A program made the position numbers and the translations under genes. A DNA stretch of 59,977 nt, filler included, from Basidiobolus meristosporus CBS 931.73 (lineage: Eukaryota; Fungi; Basidiobolomycota): NCBI GenBank assembly GCA_002104905.1. It is 3 parts of 3 records of this genome, joined end to end, with 100 filler letters (N's around TTAATTAATTAA, not from the genome) between each part and the next. Parts side by side here need not be neighbours in the genome. Positions count along the whole stretch, not along the records: positions 1 to 27,792 come from MCFE01000897.1; positions 27,893 to 42,670 come from MCFE01001169.1; 1 more part is not named here. One strand, 5' to 3'. Shown here piece by piece: positions 23,787 through 35,521 of the stretch. How positions within the stretch are numbered: the first letter of the stretch is position 1; every line of letters starts with the position of its first letter. Below the pieces are notes generated by a model. It was not told where the DNA came from. It was given only the letters and a program-made list of their open reading frames with translations, and made no database searches.

Positions 23787-26700
23787 TGTTATGATCTGCC
23801 ACTTGAATATTTAAGTTAGATCAGTTTTTAGTCTAATCAATTAGTATATGTTTAGGTTATCAGTATATCAGTATTATCTATCAAATCAGTAGCATTAGTC
23901 AGCAAATGAATCAGCAGATCCTTATCAGACAGAAATAGATATATTGAGTAGGATCTTATTGGGTGATGATGATGCAATCAAATGAGTCATCAGCCACAAC
24001 CTACATTAGGAAATACAATTAGTCAGCAATTGATCTGGCAAAATGTATATAAGGAGCTGCTGGAACCTTGATAAAAATCAGTTCAAGTTTTAGTGAATAC
24101 AATACTAGCTAAACTCCCTATTCCTCTACAACTCTTATACCAAGACTTGTAACATTGGTAGCAGCAATAATCAGAAACCTCCCTCCTGAAGAAAAAAGAA
24201 ACCACCCTCAAGATGTCGGACAATCAAGAATGGAAGAATGCCATGCAGCAAATCCTGGCCCAACAGCAACAGTTACTCCAGATCCTCAGCCAACAGCGAC
24301 AAGGAATGACTACCATGGCTCAGAGCCAGCAAAGCCCTGTCAAGAGCAACTTTAGTGTGAAGGTCAACCAGTACCATGGCAGAGTCAATGAAAACCTGGG
24401 AACTTGGCTCTTCCAGTTTGAAGAAGCTTTTAAAGCTAAAGGAATTGCTCCAGAAAGCAAGTTGCATTATGCAGCTTCTTACCTGGCAGATGCAGCCTTA
24501 CAGTGGTACCACAACAAGACCAGGTCAGCCACTATGATGCGATGCTCTACAATCTCTATCTGGGATGAGTTTGTGTCAGAAATTTAGGATGCTTTTGAAC
24601 CTCCACACCAGCAGACACTACTAAGAAGGAAGTTAAAGACACTCAGACAGAAAGGAATGGTGCAAGAATACATCCATGAGTACAGATGTCTACTTGGACA
24701 AATTGAAAGAATGGACCCCTTGGATCAAGTTGAATACTTTATTGATGGGTCAAAAGAAAGAACTTGCAAGGAAGTGAATTACCAAAGACCTCAGACTATT
24801 GAAGAAGCCATCAAGATTGCCATTGACTATGACTCAGCTATGTTTGGAGTTGGGAAGCCTACAGTGACTGATCAGAAAGGCTACAATCATTATGAAAGAA
24901 GACAATCAGAAGCAGTATCAATGGAAATAGACGCTATGCAGAAAAATCCCTCCTCAGAAGAATGCAAGAAGAAAGGACTTTGCTTCAATTGCCACCAGCA
25001 GGGACATATTGCAAAGTACTGCCCTCAGAGAAGAATTGGACACCAGCCAACAAGAACCTTCAACCATATTGAGTCCCATGAGCACAGTAATGTGGAAGAT
25101 GAGCTTGAAGAAGACTCAGAACTCACCTTCCACATGACAGAAGAATACCTATCCCAGATGACCTCAAACTCAGGAAAGCTATTATACTTGAATGGAGTAT
25201 TCAATGGAGTACCTGCCAAGATCATGATTGACTCAGGAGCATTGCATGAGTACATGTCAGAGCAATTTGCTTTGAAAGCTGGAATCAACTCGGAACCTAC
25301 CAAATCAACTTCAGTCCCACAGCTGATGGGAACTCCCACATAATCAACCGTATTACCCAGCCAGTAAGAATGAAGATCAATGACTATGAAGAAGACCAAC
25401 AGGCTTATATATTTGGGAACTGCTAGTTTGACCTTGTACTTAGAAAAACCTGGCTATTTTGTTGTAATCCATCAATCAACTGGAGAACCCATGCTGCTCA
25501 GATCCAAAAAGATAACAAGACCTATGAGCTATTACCTGCCAGGCTGGATTTCAACTTGGTCAATTCCAGTGTGTGTGAGACAAGTGAACTTAGCAAGACC
25601 CAGTTCTGTAGAGCACTTAGAAAAGGTACCAAGATGTTCCTCATGGCAGTATTACAGGAGGATTCCTCTACCACAGCACCCCAGCAGGTCCAGACTCTCT
25701 TGAAGAAATATTCAGACATGTTCCCAGATGAGCTTGTAAGCCTACCACCAGTCAGAGACGTGAATCATGCCATTGACACAGGAGATAGCCCTCCAGTGAG
25801 CAAGACACCTTACAGAATGAGTCCATTGGAATTGGAGGAAATGAAGAGACAAATTGATCAGCTATTGGAGCAAGGATACATCAGGCCCAGCAAGTCACCC
25901 TGGGGAGCACCAGTACATTTTGTGAAAAAGAAGGATGGAACACTTAGGATGTGCATTGACTACAGAGCCCTGAACTCAGTTACCGTCAAGAATAAGTACC
26001 CCATACCTTGGATTGATGAGCTTTTGGACCAACTTAATGGAGCCACTATTTTCAGCAAGATTGACCTCATGTCAGGATACAACCAAATTAGGGTGAAACC
26101 AGAAGATATTCCTAAGACAGCATTTAGGACCAGATATGGACATTACAAGTACTTAGTCATGAGTTTTGGCCTCACTAATGCCCCTGCAACATTCATGACG
26201 CTGATGCAGACTGTCTTTCAGGAGTACTTAGACAAGTTTGTGATAATCTACCTGGATGACATATTGATATACAGCAAGACAGAAGAGGATCACATGTAGT
26301 GCACATTGAAAAGGTCTTGGAGAAGCTAAGAGAGAACAAGCTATATGGCAAGCTAGCCAAGTGTGAATTCTTCAAGGAGCACATTGAATACCTGGGACAC
26401 ATAGTGACTAGCACAGGAGTAACCTTAGACCCAAAGAAGGTGGAAGTAATCAAGAATCTGAAACAGCCCCATAGCATATCAGAGCTCAGATCATTCCTTG
26501 GAATGGTTTCCTATTATCGGAGATTTGTCAAGTTGTTTGCAGTATTGCAGCCCCTTTAACTGATATTCCTCAAGAAAGACAATACCTACAAGTGGGACAT
26601 AGCTTGTGAGACTGCCTTCCAGATGCTCAAGAATGAACTTGCTAAGCTGCCAAGCTTAAGAATACCAGACTTCAGAAAAGAGTTCACTCTGTGCACAGAT

Positions 26701-27792
26701 GCTTCAGATTATGCAATTGGTGGAGTGCTGAGCCAAGAACACAAGGGAAAGGACTACCCTGTTGCCTTTGAATCCAAGAAACTGAACTCAGCAGAACAAA
26801 ACTATCCAGTCCATGAGAAGGAGATGCTTGCTATAATACACTGTTTGAAGACATGGAGATGCTATATTGAAGGAGTCAAATGCACTGTGAAGACTGATCA
26901 TGCCTCCCTCAAGTATATATTTACTCAGAAGGTACTCTCTAGAAGAATGACAAGATGGAGTGAATACATTCAGCAATTTGACCTGGAGATTGTCTACTGC
27001 CCTGGAAAAAACCAACACGGTTGCTGATGCCTTATCAAGATTAGATCAAGTTGCACAACTCAACTTGGTGCATGAATCAGATTGGCCTAGCCTATTACCA
27101 AAGTACTTGGAGGACCAAGCCATTCCTAATGAGGTGGATGAAGATATCAAGAAGATAATCTGTGATGAAGCCAGCAAATTTGTAGTACAGGATGAAACAC
27201 TCTACCAAATTGTTGATGGAAGCCCTATTGCCTATTGCCCTTATGTTTCTTGCCTGGATTTAATACATAAGCTACACAATGGATATGGACATCTTGGAAT
27301 TGAAGGAACCTATAGTCTTGTGAAAGCCAGAGCATGGTGGCCCAGAATGAAACAAGACATTGAGAAGCTAGTAAAAACATGCCCAAGCTGCCAATCAATC
27401 AAGGCCAGCCACAAAGAATTGCCAAACTCTTCCCTTTGGAGCCTGTAAGACCATTTGAGAGATGGGGAATTGACTTTATTGGAAGACTGCCAACCACCAG
27501 GAAATGCAACCGTTGGATCCTAGTAGCAATTGACCATGCCACTAAATGGCCAGTTGCTAAAGCTGTACCAATAGCCAGTGAACAAGAAGTTGCAAGTTTC
27601 ATTTACCATGAGATCCTGATGAAGTTTGGATGCCCTGTGGAGATCTTATCTGAATAGAGGAGCAAACTTATGGCAAAGACATTAGAGGCTTACCTGGAAA
27701 TGCAGCGGATCAGACACCTGAAAACCTTGACTTATCACCCCAGAACTAATGGAGTCACTGAGCGGTTTAATGGATTATTTGGAAAAATGCTG
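23787..27792 (+). mobile_element. Ty3/gypsy element B, 3' end lost in the gap
   Basis: 368-bp LTR TGTTA...TAACA (23787-24154), then PBS TGGTAGCAG (initiator tRNA-Met-like), then gag-pol. Confidence 0.9.
24213..27792 (+). pseudogene. Ty3-B gag-pol (stops and frameshifts)
   Basis: Gag WLFQFEEAF...AALQWY; CCHC CFNCHQQGHIAKYC; protease MIDSGA; [11 protein letters not shown] and [10 protein letters not shown]; RNase H CTDASDYAIG; integrase WGIDFIG and TYHPRTNGVTERFN. Confidence 0.92.
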
Positions 27793-27892
27793 NNNNNNNN
27801 NNNNNNNNNNNNNNNNNNNNNNNNNNNNNNNNNNNNTTAATTAATTAANNNNNNNNNNNNNNNNNNNNNNNNNNNNNNNNNNNNNNNNNNNN
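27793..27892. other. Assembly spacer (N-run with TTAATTAATTAA)
   Basis: Exactly 100 nt with a six-frame-stop 12-mer at 27837-27848. Confidence 0.97.
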
Positions 27893-28096
27893 TCCTGTTA
27901 TGGTAAGTGTTCTAACTAGATAAGGGCAGGGATAGGAGGGAGGACGCGTGGGGGAATCATAGGGAGGGTACTGGAGGACTTTGGGTAGGACTCTGGAGGG
28001 AACTCTTGGGAGAACTCTTGGGCAAAGAGTGGGTACTACATTGAGTACTCACATATCCCGGGGTTAAGTGGGAGCTTTGTCCTCGAAGTTCTTTGA

Positions 28097-29314
28097 CTAA
28101 CTTGCTTCTCCAGGATCGATTTTGTTTACAGAGCATGGGGAGTCACTGTAGTACCATTGCTGGTTGTCACTTGCGAGGGGATCGCGGGCAAGTACCTGAT
28201 ACCATTCGGCGGCAGAGTGGGGTGCGGCCTGTGTTGCTTGAGAGATGTTTTCCACAGAGCCAAATAGTTGGCAAACCATAGGGTTTTGGGTAAGTTCCTT
28301 GGGAGGGTCGGAGAACGAGAAAAGGTGCAATAGCGCAATAAAGTCTTGCTTCTTTATCTTGCAAACGTTATCGGGGCTTGTCCTTTTTGTGTTCAATATG
28401 ACGGCGGGGGACCTTTTGAAGAGGGCGTACACTTGGTCGGCAGTCACCCGTTGTTGATAACAAGTTTTTGCTTCTTCCAAGACATATTGTAGTTCTTCCG
28501 TAGAAACTGTGGCGCGATTGAGGCGCTTTTGTACTCGCCTCATGGTTTCTACAGAATCCGCGGCGGTTTCTTCGGCTTCTTGGAGTTGGACTTCGTACTG
28601 ATTCCTGAGTTGTCCTATGGTAAACCACTGTAATAGTTGTAACACAGCAACTTGGTGGATCGCATGGGTTAACTGGCCGGTGTATTTAATCCGTTCGCGT
28701 ATCTTCTCTAAGATGGTTCCTTCTTGGAAATGTGGTTCAAGATGTTTGCAAATTTCTCGGAGGAGTCCTTCAATTGGGAGTTCTACTTCTGTTGCTCTTG
28801 CAGCTTGTACCAGGTCTGCGTATACCTCAACAACCGTGGTACCTATTAATGGCAAGTATGCAATGAAACAGGGGGGCTCTCAAGGTCTCATGAAGGTGCG
28901 ACAGTTGATTCCTTGTGTCTTCTGTCTGACTGTGTCCAGTATGGATACGGGAATCAGCGCGGCGTCCTTCTCCTTAATGATCAAGGAACCTCCTCTTAGG
29001 TGGTACACGGTCTTCTTGGGTAGTATCTCCATACTTTGTATTGGCGTGGGTAACTTGTCTCGTCCCTCTCTGATTGTGTCTTGTATTAGCGTGACTGCTC
29101 CGGCAAACGACTTTGCATAGGTGGCTCTTGTTGTACGTAACGCTCGTACCATATCTCTTAACACTTGCAGGTCGGTTTCGTTTTTGATATCATCTTGGTT
29201 CTTGCTAGTGGGAGGGTATTGCCAGTTTCGGGTGAACTGTTTCCTTCAGCGCCTTCCATATGCATTCTTTTGTTCTCCCCTTTGGGTGAACTCCCTCACG
29301 CATATTATTTGTAC
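28097..29314 (-). pseudogene. ORF3 of Ty3-C, unknown function (~405 codons, two TGA stops)
   Basis: A single frame from 29314 to the stop at 28097, broken only by TGA at 29246-29248 and 28880-28882. Both revert to CGA. First in-frame ATG is at 29152. Confidence 0.7.
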
Positions 29315-29394
29315 CTATATCGACTAAAATCTCCTCTAATAAACTTCAAATGTATCCCGTGTCTTCCTCTATCCTTGTCCTGATAATTGTTTAA

Positions 29395-32300
29395 TCACAC
29401 TTTGGTCTCAGTGATGATTGGTGGATCATCATGAAACGGTTTCAGATGGGCTGGCGCTACGTTGCTGATTGTCTTATTATTCAGGGTGATGGTGTACTTT
29501 GGTCCGTGGTCCGTACTGATAACAGTGCATGGGCCAATCCATTGGGGTGTAAATTGTGGGCGGAACTTGAGGCCTGCAACGGTTTGGTTGTACCACACCT
29601 TATTGCCTGGTTTCCACTTTTGTCTTGTTAGTTTCTCATTTTTGGGTGGAGGGGGAAGGTGCTTGTCGACATTTTTGAATACTTTTATGTATAGGTGGGC
29701 AATACGGTGTATCAACCTTTCTATATAGTCATTATGTGTTGTCAGGGGGACACCTTTCATCGTCAATCCAGCTTCCTCCCGCCACTTGGGTCTTCGTCCA
29801 TATAGGATTTCATATGGGGAGAAACCCGTTGTTTTATTTGGTGTGGTGCGCATTGCTAGGAGTGTCAGTGGGAGCAGCTTGGCCCATGATTGGGGAAGTT
29901 CCCAGTGAAGCTTCTCCAGTATGCGGCAACACGTCTAGTTCATCCTCTTGGTTAATCCGTTAGTCTGGGGGTGATACGCGGCTGTGAAGACTTGTTTCAC
30001 GCCCATCATTTTGCACAGGTGGGCCACGGTGTCGTTCAGGAAGGAACCACCATTGTCGGACAGGAGTATCTGAGGATATCCGTGTCGGCAGATGAGGTGT
30101 TCTAGAATGAATCGGGCGGTTGTCTTCTGATCTTTATTGCGGACGGCTTGGGCTTCTACCCACTTTGAGAAATAATCGGTAGCAATTATTATGTATTGTT
30201 CTCCTTTCTTTGTTTTCATAAAGAGGCCAACAAAGTTGATCCCTACTTGGTGGAAGGGCAGGTCAACCGGTATTGGTGCGGTTGTCCCTATCTTCTGACT
30301 CCGGTTGAATCTTTCGCAAGTGGTGCATCTTTGTAACATATTTGTAACGTCGGTCATCATTTTTTGCCAATAAAACGTTTTTCTTAACATCTTATATGTC
30401 GTTAGGGGGTTAGCGTGTCCTAATGACATATGTCTTTCTTGTATGATTTCTTCACGGGCTGCTAGTGGGGGTACCTTGGCTCTGGACTGTCCTTGGAGGA
30501 ACCATAGTTGATTTTCTTGTACTTCGTACTGACACCATTTCCTTCAAAATTCTCTCTTCTGTTTGTTTGTAACGATGTGTTTGGGATACCTCCCTTTCTT
30601 TTTAAAGCAGATTACGTCCTTGTACTCATCACTGACACGTATTTGGCAAACGGGATAGCGACTGAGGAAGTCTGCGTCCTGGTGTTTCTTGCCAGCGCAG
30701 TGAATTATTTCAAAGTCGTATTGCTGTAGTCGTAGGGCCCAACGTGCTAGTCGGCCGGTAAAGTCTTTAGTTTTCATCAGCCAGACCAGTGCGCTGTGGT
30801 CCGTTACTATCGTGAATTGGCGACCATGTATGTATGTATGGAATTGTTTAATTGAATAAACAACAGCCGGACATTCTATCTTGGTAATGGGGTAGTGGCG
30901 TTTGTGTTTGTTTAGCAAACGGCTCACGTAACCGATCGGGTGGAATCCGCCGGGTTGGTGGTATTGTCCCAGTATGGCGCCTATACCGGTGAGGCTTCCA
31001 TCACAGTTAATAAAAAATCTCGCATCCCAATTGGGAAATCGTAACACTGGCAGTGACGTCAGGGAATGTTTCAGCTGATCAAATGCTCTCTTTTGAGGCT
31101 CCAACCATACAAAACACTGGCCCTTTTGCGTCAATTTGTATAGGGGGGCTGCTATTGTCGTAAAGTTTTTGACAAAGCGGCGATAGTAGCCGGCTAATCC
31201 TAGGAATCCCAACACTGCATTAATGTCCTTTGGTGCAGGTGCATTTTGAACGGCTTTCAGGAGTGACGTAGATGGGTATATTCCGTCTGCCGAGATCTTG
31301 TGGCCCAGGAACAACAATTTTGTATACAGGAAATGGCACTTCTTGGGATGTAGTTTGAGTTGGTTCTCAAGGAGGGATGTCAGGATACATTGCACGTCGT
31401 GTATATGTTCTTCTACATTGGGGGAATATATCGTGATGTTGTCCAGATACACGAGGGCGCATTCCCATTGTAGATTTCCTAGCACCTTGTCGATCATCCT
31501 TTGGAACGTAGCAGGGGCATTGCACAAGCCAAAGGGTAGTCAGTTCCATTCGTATAATCCAAACAATGTTATAAAAGCGGTTTTGGGTCGATCTTCCGGG
31601 GCTACTTCTACTTGCCAATACCCGGAGATTAAGTCAAGAGAGCTAAAATATTTAGCTCCGATTAATCTGTCCAAGAGGTCGTCTATTCGCGGTAGCGGAT
31701 ACACGTCCTTCCGGGTGACGGCATTCAATTTCCGGTAGTCGATGCAAAAGCGTCGCTTTCCGTCTTTCTTTGGGACTATCACTATGGGGGAGGCCCACGG
31801 AGACTGGCTCTCTGTTATGATGTTGTCTTTTAATAAAGTTTCAATCGTCTCTTTGATATAGTCTGTGTCAATTTTCAAATTCCTATAGGCTTTTTGCTTG
31901 ATGGGGTATTTGTCGGCAAGGTGGATTTGGTGATATACCCCAGGTATATGACCAATTACTTGGTTCTTAGAGAATACTTGGGCAAGCGGACGTATTCCTT
32001 CTAGGAATTTGTCTTGTAACGTAGGCGGTAGACTGGGGTCCACATCTAGTTTGGGGAGTTCTTCTTCTGGTTCTTTGTTTGGAGGTGGTCCTTGGTTGTT
32101 TCCGTCAACTTCCTCTAAGTTTAACAATGGTACTCCTCTAGGCAATGTCACCGTCTGTCGCCCGTTGTTAACCACTAAGCATTTCAGGCTTTGCGTTTCA
32201 AATTTCGGTGGTATCCATACTTTAGGGATCAAGATTCCTTCCAGTTGCTTGGATGCTTTTACTGCGGTTATCATTCTTCCGCTCGTTGAATAAGCTATTG

Positions 32301-33132
32301 GTGTTTCTAATGAGATCACCGTCTCACTGGCGGGTGGTATTTTTATCACCTTTCGTGTGATGATTGGAGACTGCGATGGTTTCACCTCTTAGATCGTCAC
32401 ACTGTTGCTACGCGCCTTGCTCTCATCGGTGATATGAATCAGTGGGATACTCTCGGTATCCCACCTGAGTTCAGATGCACTGTAAAGTATATCCATCTTA
32501 TGTTGGATAAACCAACTCTCGCCAATGAGTAAGTTGTTGGCTGCAACGGGTAGGACCGTGACATCTTGGCGTATTATCAAGTTGCCTAGCCAAATGGGGC
32601 AATCAGACACCACACCTACTGTTATATCCAGTTGGTCATTCGCTAGCCGTACTCAAATGGTGTCGTTGGGGACTATATTTAGTTTTAGACGTTTTGCTAA
32701 TGACTCTGACATAATCAATGTAGAGGATCCTGTGTTGATAAGGGCAAGAATCTCCTTATTCTCTATACGTACCTTTACATATGTACCTTTATTCGGTTTT
32801 TGCAGGACCGTCTGGTTGACATGGAGGGTTGTTATCTCCTTCAATCCCTCTATCAGTTCCTTGACTAGAGCCGGGGCCAGTCCCAGTAAATTGGTTGTTG
32901 GGAGGGTTGCCTTGGTTTGCTCTAGTACCTTCATTATGGGGAATAGGCCATGAGAAGACGTGCTAGCGATCTTTGTTCGCTTTAACACTTCTTCCCAAGG
33001 TTCATTCCGTACTTCTTCACCTAATTCCGCGCTCTTTCCTTTTGACGGAACCTCTACTACAGGTTCCTTTGCCTCCTCTCTAGAAGCATCATGTTGACGC
33101 TTCTTCTTCCGCACTTCAACTGTCCTGACCGG
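29395..33132 (-). pseudogene. Ty3-C late gag, protease, RT, RNase H, integrase
   Basis: Protease LINTGSS (DTG to NTG); RT FCIDYRKLN, SLDLISGYWQV and VYLDNI (YLDD to YLDN); RNase H INCDGSLTGIG; integrase SLGH...CTTC, LLSDNGGSF and AYHPQTNG. Confidence 0.92.
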
Positions 33133-34212
33133 TGTGGTGGTGTATAAGTCCAGAGGGCAAAATACGGCCAACACTTCTCAAGTGTGAATGTGTGTGGGGT
33201 GTTCACTGGGTGCAATAACCTCTGGCAAAAGCTTGCTAGGAATACTGGGTCTTTTGTCTAATCTAATGTGATGGGGGATAAAGCCTCAAGCTTGTCAAGG
33301 GAAAACTATTGAACTACAATCCCCAACTTAGTTGGCGTCTTAACAAAAGTTTATAATGGCTTTGACGTCCTTTGAGATGACAATGTACTAAAGCTTCCAA
33401 AGTCAAAACAACTGTAAACTCCACCAACAGGGACTTGATAAGAATGCAGCTTTGACCAATAGTTACAAAGACTGAAAAGTATCTTTGCCTGTACAAGAAC
33501 AAACTTGGGAAAACAAAAAAATATAATAAAATATACCTACTCTGAGTATTCCTCACAAGTAGTGCCTCCAAGGTCAGTTGGCTGTCAGCGCGGTTTCCTG
33601 GGAGTGTTGTCAGGTCTGAGTCAGAAAATAGTGGTAATAGGTAGCGGTGATCTCACTAATCAATAAGTCGGAATATTGGAAGAGGGATGATTTATTTTAA
33701 GGGATAGCCTCCCTTATATACTTTTTTTGCTGCTCAATTTCTTGCTAGAAAATACTTTCCGGAAGTTTCCAGAAGGTAGTAGACAACCAATCATGTCTTT
33801 GTGTACTAAAAATAGCGCAAATTCTTGGCGGATTGTTCCATGAGACATAGTAGTACCTAGCCAATCAGGTAGTGGTAACATGAAACCTCTGTGTCATGTG
33901 GTTGCCTCTTATGGTAGTGAGAAGGGGGATTATGAAACCAAGATGGTCACGTGACATGGGCACTGTTGGGGTACTTGCCTTATAAGGTAACTATCTTATC
34001 TTGGCATCTCGGCAAGGAATAAGAATAGCTTGTGCAATGGGTTAATAGGGACAAATAGTTTGTCAGGTTGCATAGTAATAATCACATAGACAAAAATAGG
34101 AAATATTGCAAATTTGGGATGATAATAATATAGGCGGGGTAATCCTTTTTAGGGAAGTGAATGCATAAGAATGAGCACATCTGCCTGTGGGTGTCACTGT
34201 GACCCCACTACA
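33133..34212 (-). repeat. Solo LTR of Ty3-A family (subfamily A2), 1080 bp, inserted in Ty3-C gag
   Basis: TG...CA ends with 4-bp TSD CCGG (33129-33132 and 34213-34216). About 96-97% identical by eye to 55796-56874. Confidence 0.93.
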
Positions 34213-35093
34213 CCGGAGGGCTTAGATTGACTGAGTCCCGTTGGCCTCTTGGCAAGGGACTCTGTCTTTTGACGCCTTCTTCTCTTTTGTGTCCGGTACG
34301 GCTTCTCTTCCGTACCGTTTTTCACATTCATGGCCCGGTGACCTACTTCTCCACACACATAACACGGATACTGTCGTCGCGGTTGTTCCATCTGTTGGGT
34401 CAGGACTTGAACCTGGGCCTTTAGATCTACGACAGCTTCCCAGAGTTTATCGCCTTCTTTGCGGACTTCTTGGACATTGTTGATCAAGAGTTCTTGGACC
34501 TTTTGCCGTAATTCCTCTAACTCACGGTCTTTCGGGGAGGTGATTTTTCCTTTCTTATGGGGGATCCCTGTCCTTTGATCATTCGTATCACTATAGGGTA
34601 GCCCCCATAGCAAGATGACCCCTCGTACTTGTTCAACCAACTCTTGCAACGTTTTACATCCCTGTTGTTCTTTGGACGCCCTACGTCTTATTTTGTCGTC
34701 TAAGCCCATGATGTAATACCTCATGAGCTGTTGTTTGGTGATTTTGTCCTTTGGGAGACATCAAACTTGTTGGAGAAACAGTTCAGTGTAGGCTTCATAG
34801 CTTTCACTGCTTTTCTTCCGTGAGGACAGTAGAAGGGCTTTGTAGTGGTATCCTTTGGCATATAGAAAGCGTGTCTTGTAGGCTTCTTCTAGTGCATCCC
34901 AGTCGTCTTTGACTGCGTCTTCCAACCCATAATGCCATCGCCATGCTGACCCTTCCATATGTCTTGCAAACTCTCTTACTTTCTTATTGTTGTCCCATCC
35001 TGCATCAACCACAACTCTCTCAAACTTATTGAACCACTCAAGGGCTTTCTCTCTCTTTCCCTTGTATGTCTTTAGTTTGATTGTAGTAGTCAT
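34213..35093 (-). pseudogene. Ty3-C gag, N-terminal part
   Basis: MTTTIKLKTYKG...WFNKFERV...MEGSAWRWH and the knuckle CYVCGEVGH. Frameshifted. Confidence 0.85.
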
Positions 35094-35521
35094 TACCTCA
35101 CTTGTGCTTATTTCCGCAGAGACGGCACCAAATATGTGGGTTATTACTGACTGTACTTGGTGAGTGGGAGAGCTTGTAGGTCAAGTCAGTACCACTTGGT
35201 TCAGAATAGCTTCCGATAGAAGGTAGCAAGGTAATAAAGACTTCTGTTTATTTCGTCCAAATCTTGTTGTTCTTCCTGGTTCAATTGGGTAGATATATAT
35301 ATCACTTGGGGGGGCTTAGACAATAGACAATGTGTTATAAAATAGGGGTGTGAACACCTTCCTGTTATGGTAAGTGTTCTAACTAGATAAGGGCAGGGAT
35401 AGGAGGGTAGGACGCGTGGGGGAATCATAGGGAGGGTACTGGAGGACTTTGGGTAGGACTCTGGAGGGAACTCTTGGGAGAACTCTTGGGCAAAGAGTGG
35501 GTGCTACATTGAGTACTCACA

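Larger units (their letters stand above)
27893..35521 (-). mobile_element. Ty3/gypsy element C, comparatively young and CpG-rich, with an extra 3' ORF and a solo-LTR insertion
   Basis: 5' LTR 35135-35521 (387 bp). The 3' LTR part at 27893-28053 is nearly identical. PBS TGGTGCCGTCTC at 35130-35119 (tRNA-His-like, inference). Order is gag-PR-RT-RH-IN-ORF3. Confidence 0.93.

Noticed and set aside
27837-27848. TTAATTAATTAA inside the N-runs (also 42715-42726) resembling piggyBac footprints or a regulatory repeat
   Set aside because: It is identical and centred in two 100-nt gaps, so it is an artificial six-frame-stop contig spacer.
28617-29120. Plus-strand 167-aa ORF opposite Ty3-C ORF3
   Set aside because: It is a shorter antisense shadow of the longer minus-strand frame, with no independent support.
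28097-29314. ORF3 as a retroviral-type env gene
   Set aside because: No signal peptide, furin-type site followed by a fusion peptide, or C-terminal transmembrane segment is visible. It is kept as an unknown ORF.
33314-33571. 85-aa sense ORF in both A2 solo LTRs (also 55977-56234)
   Set aside because: Its conservation just reflects near-identical DNA. The same frame has a stop in the A1 LTRs.
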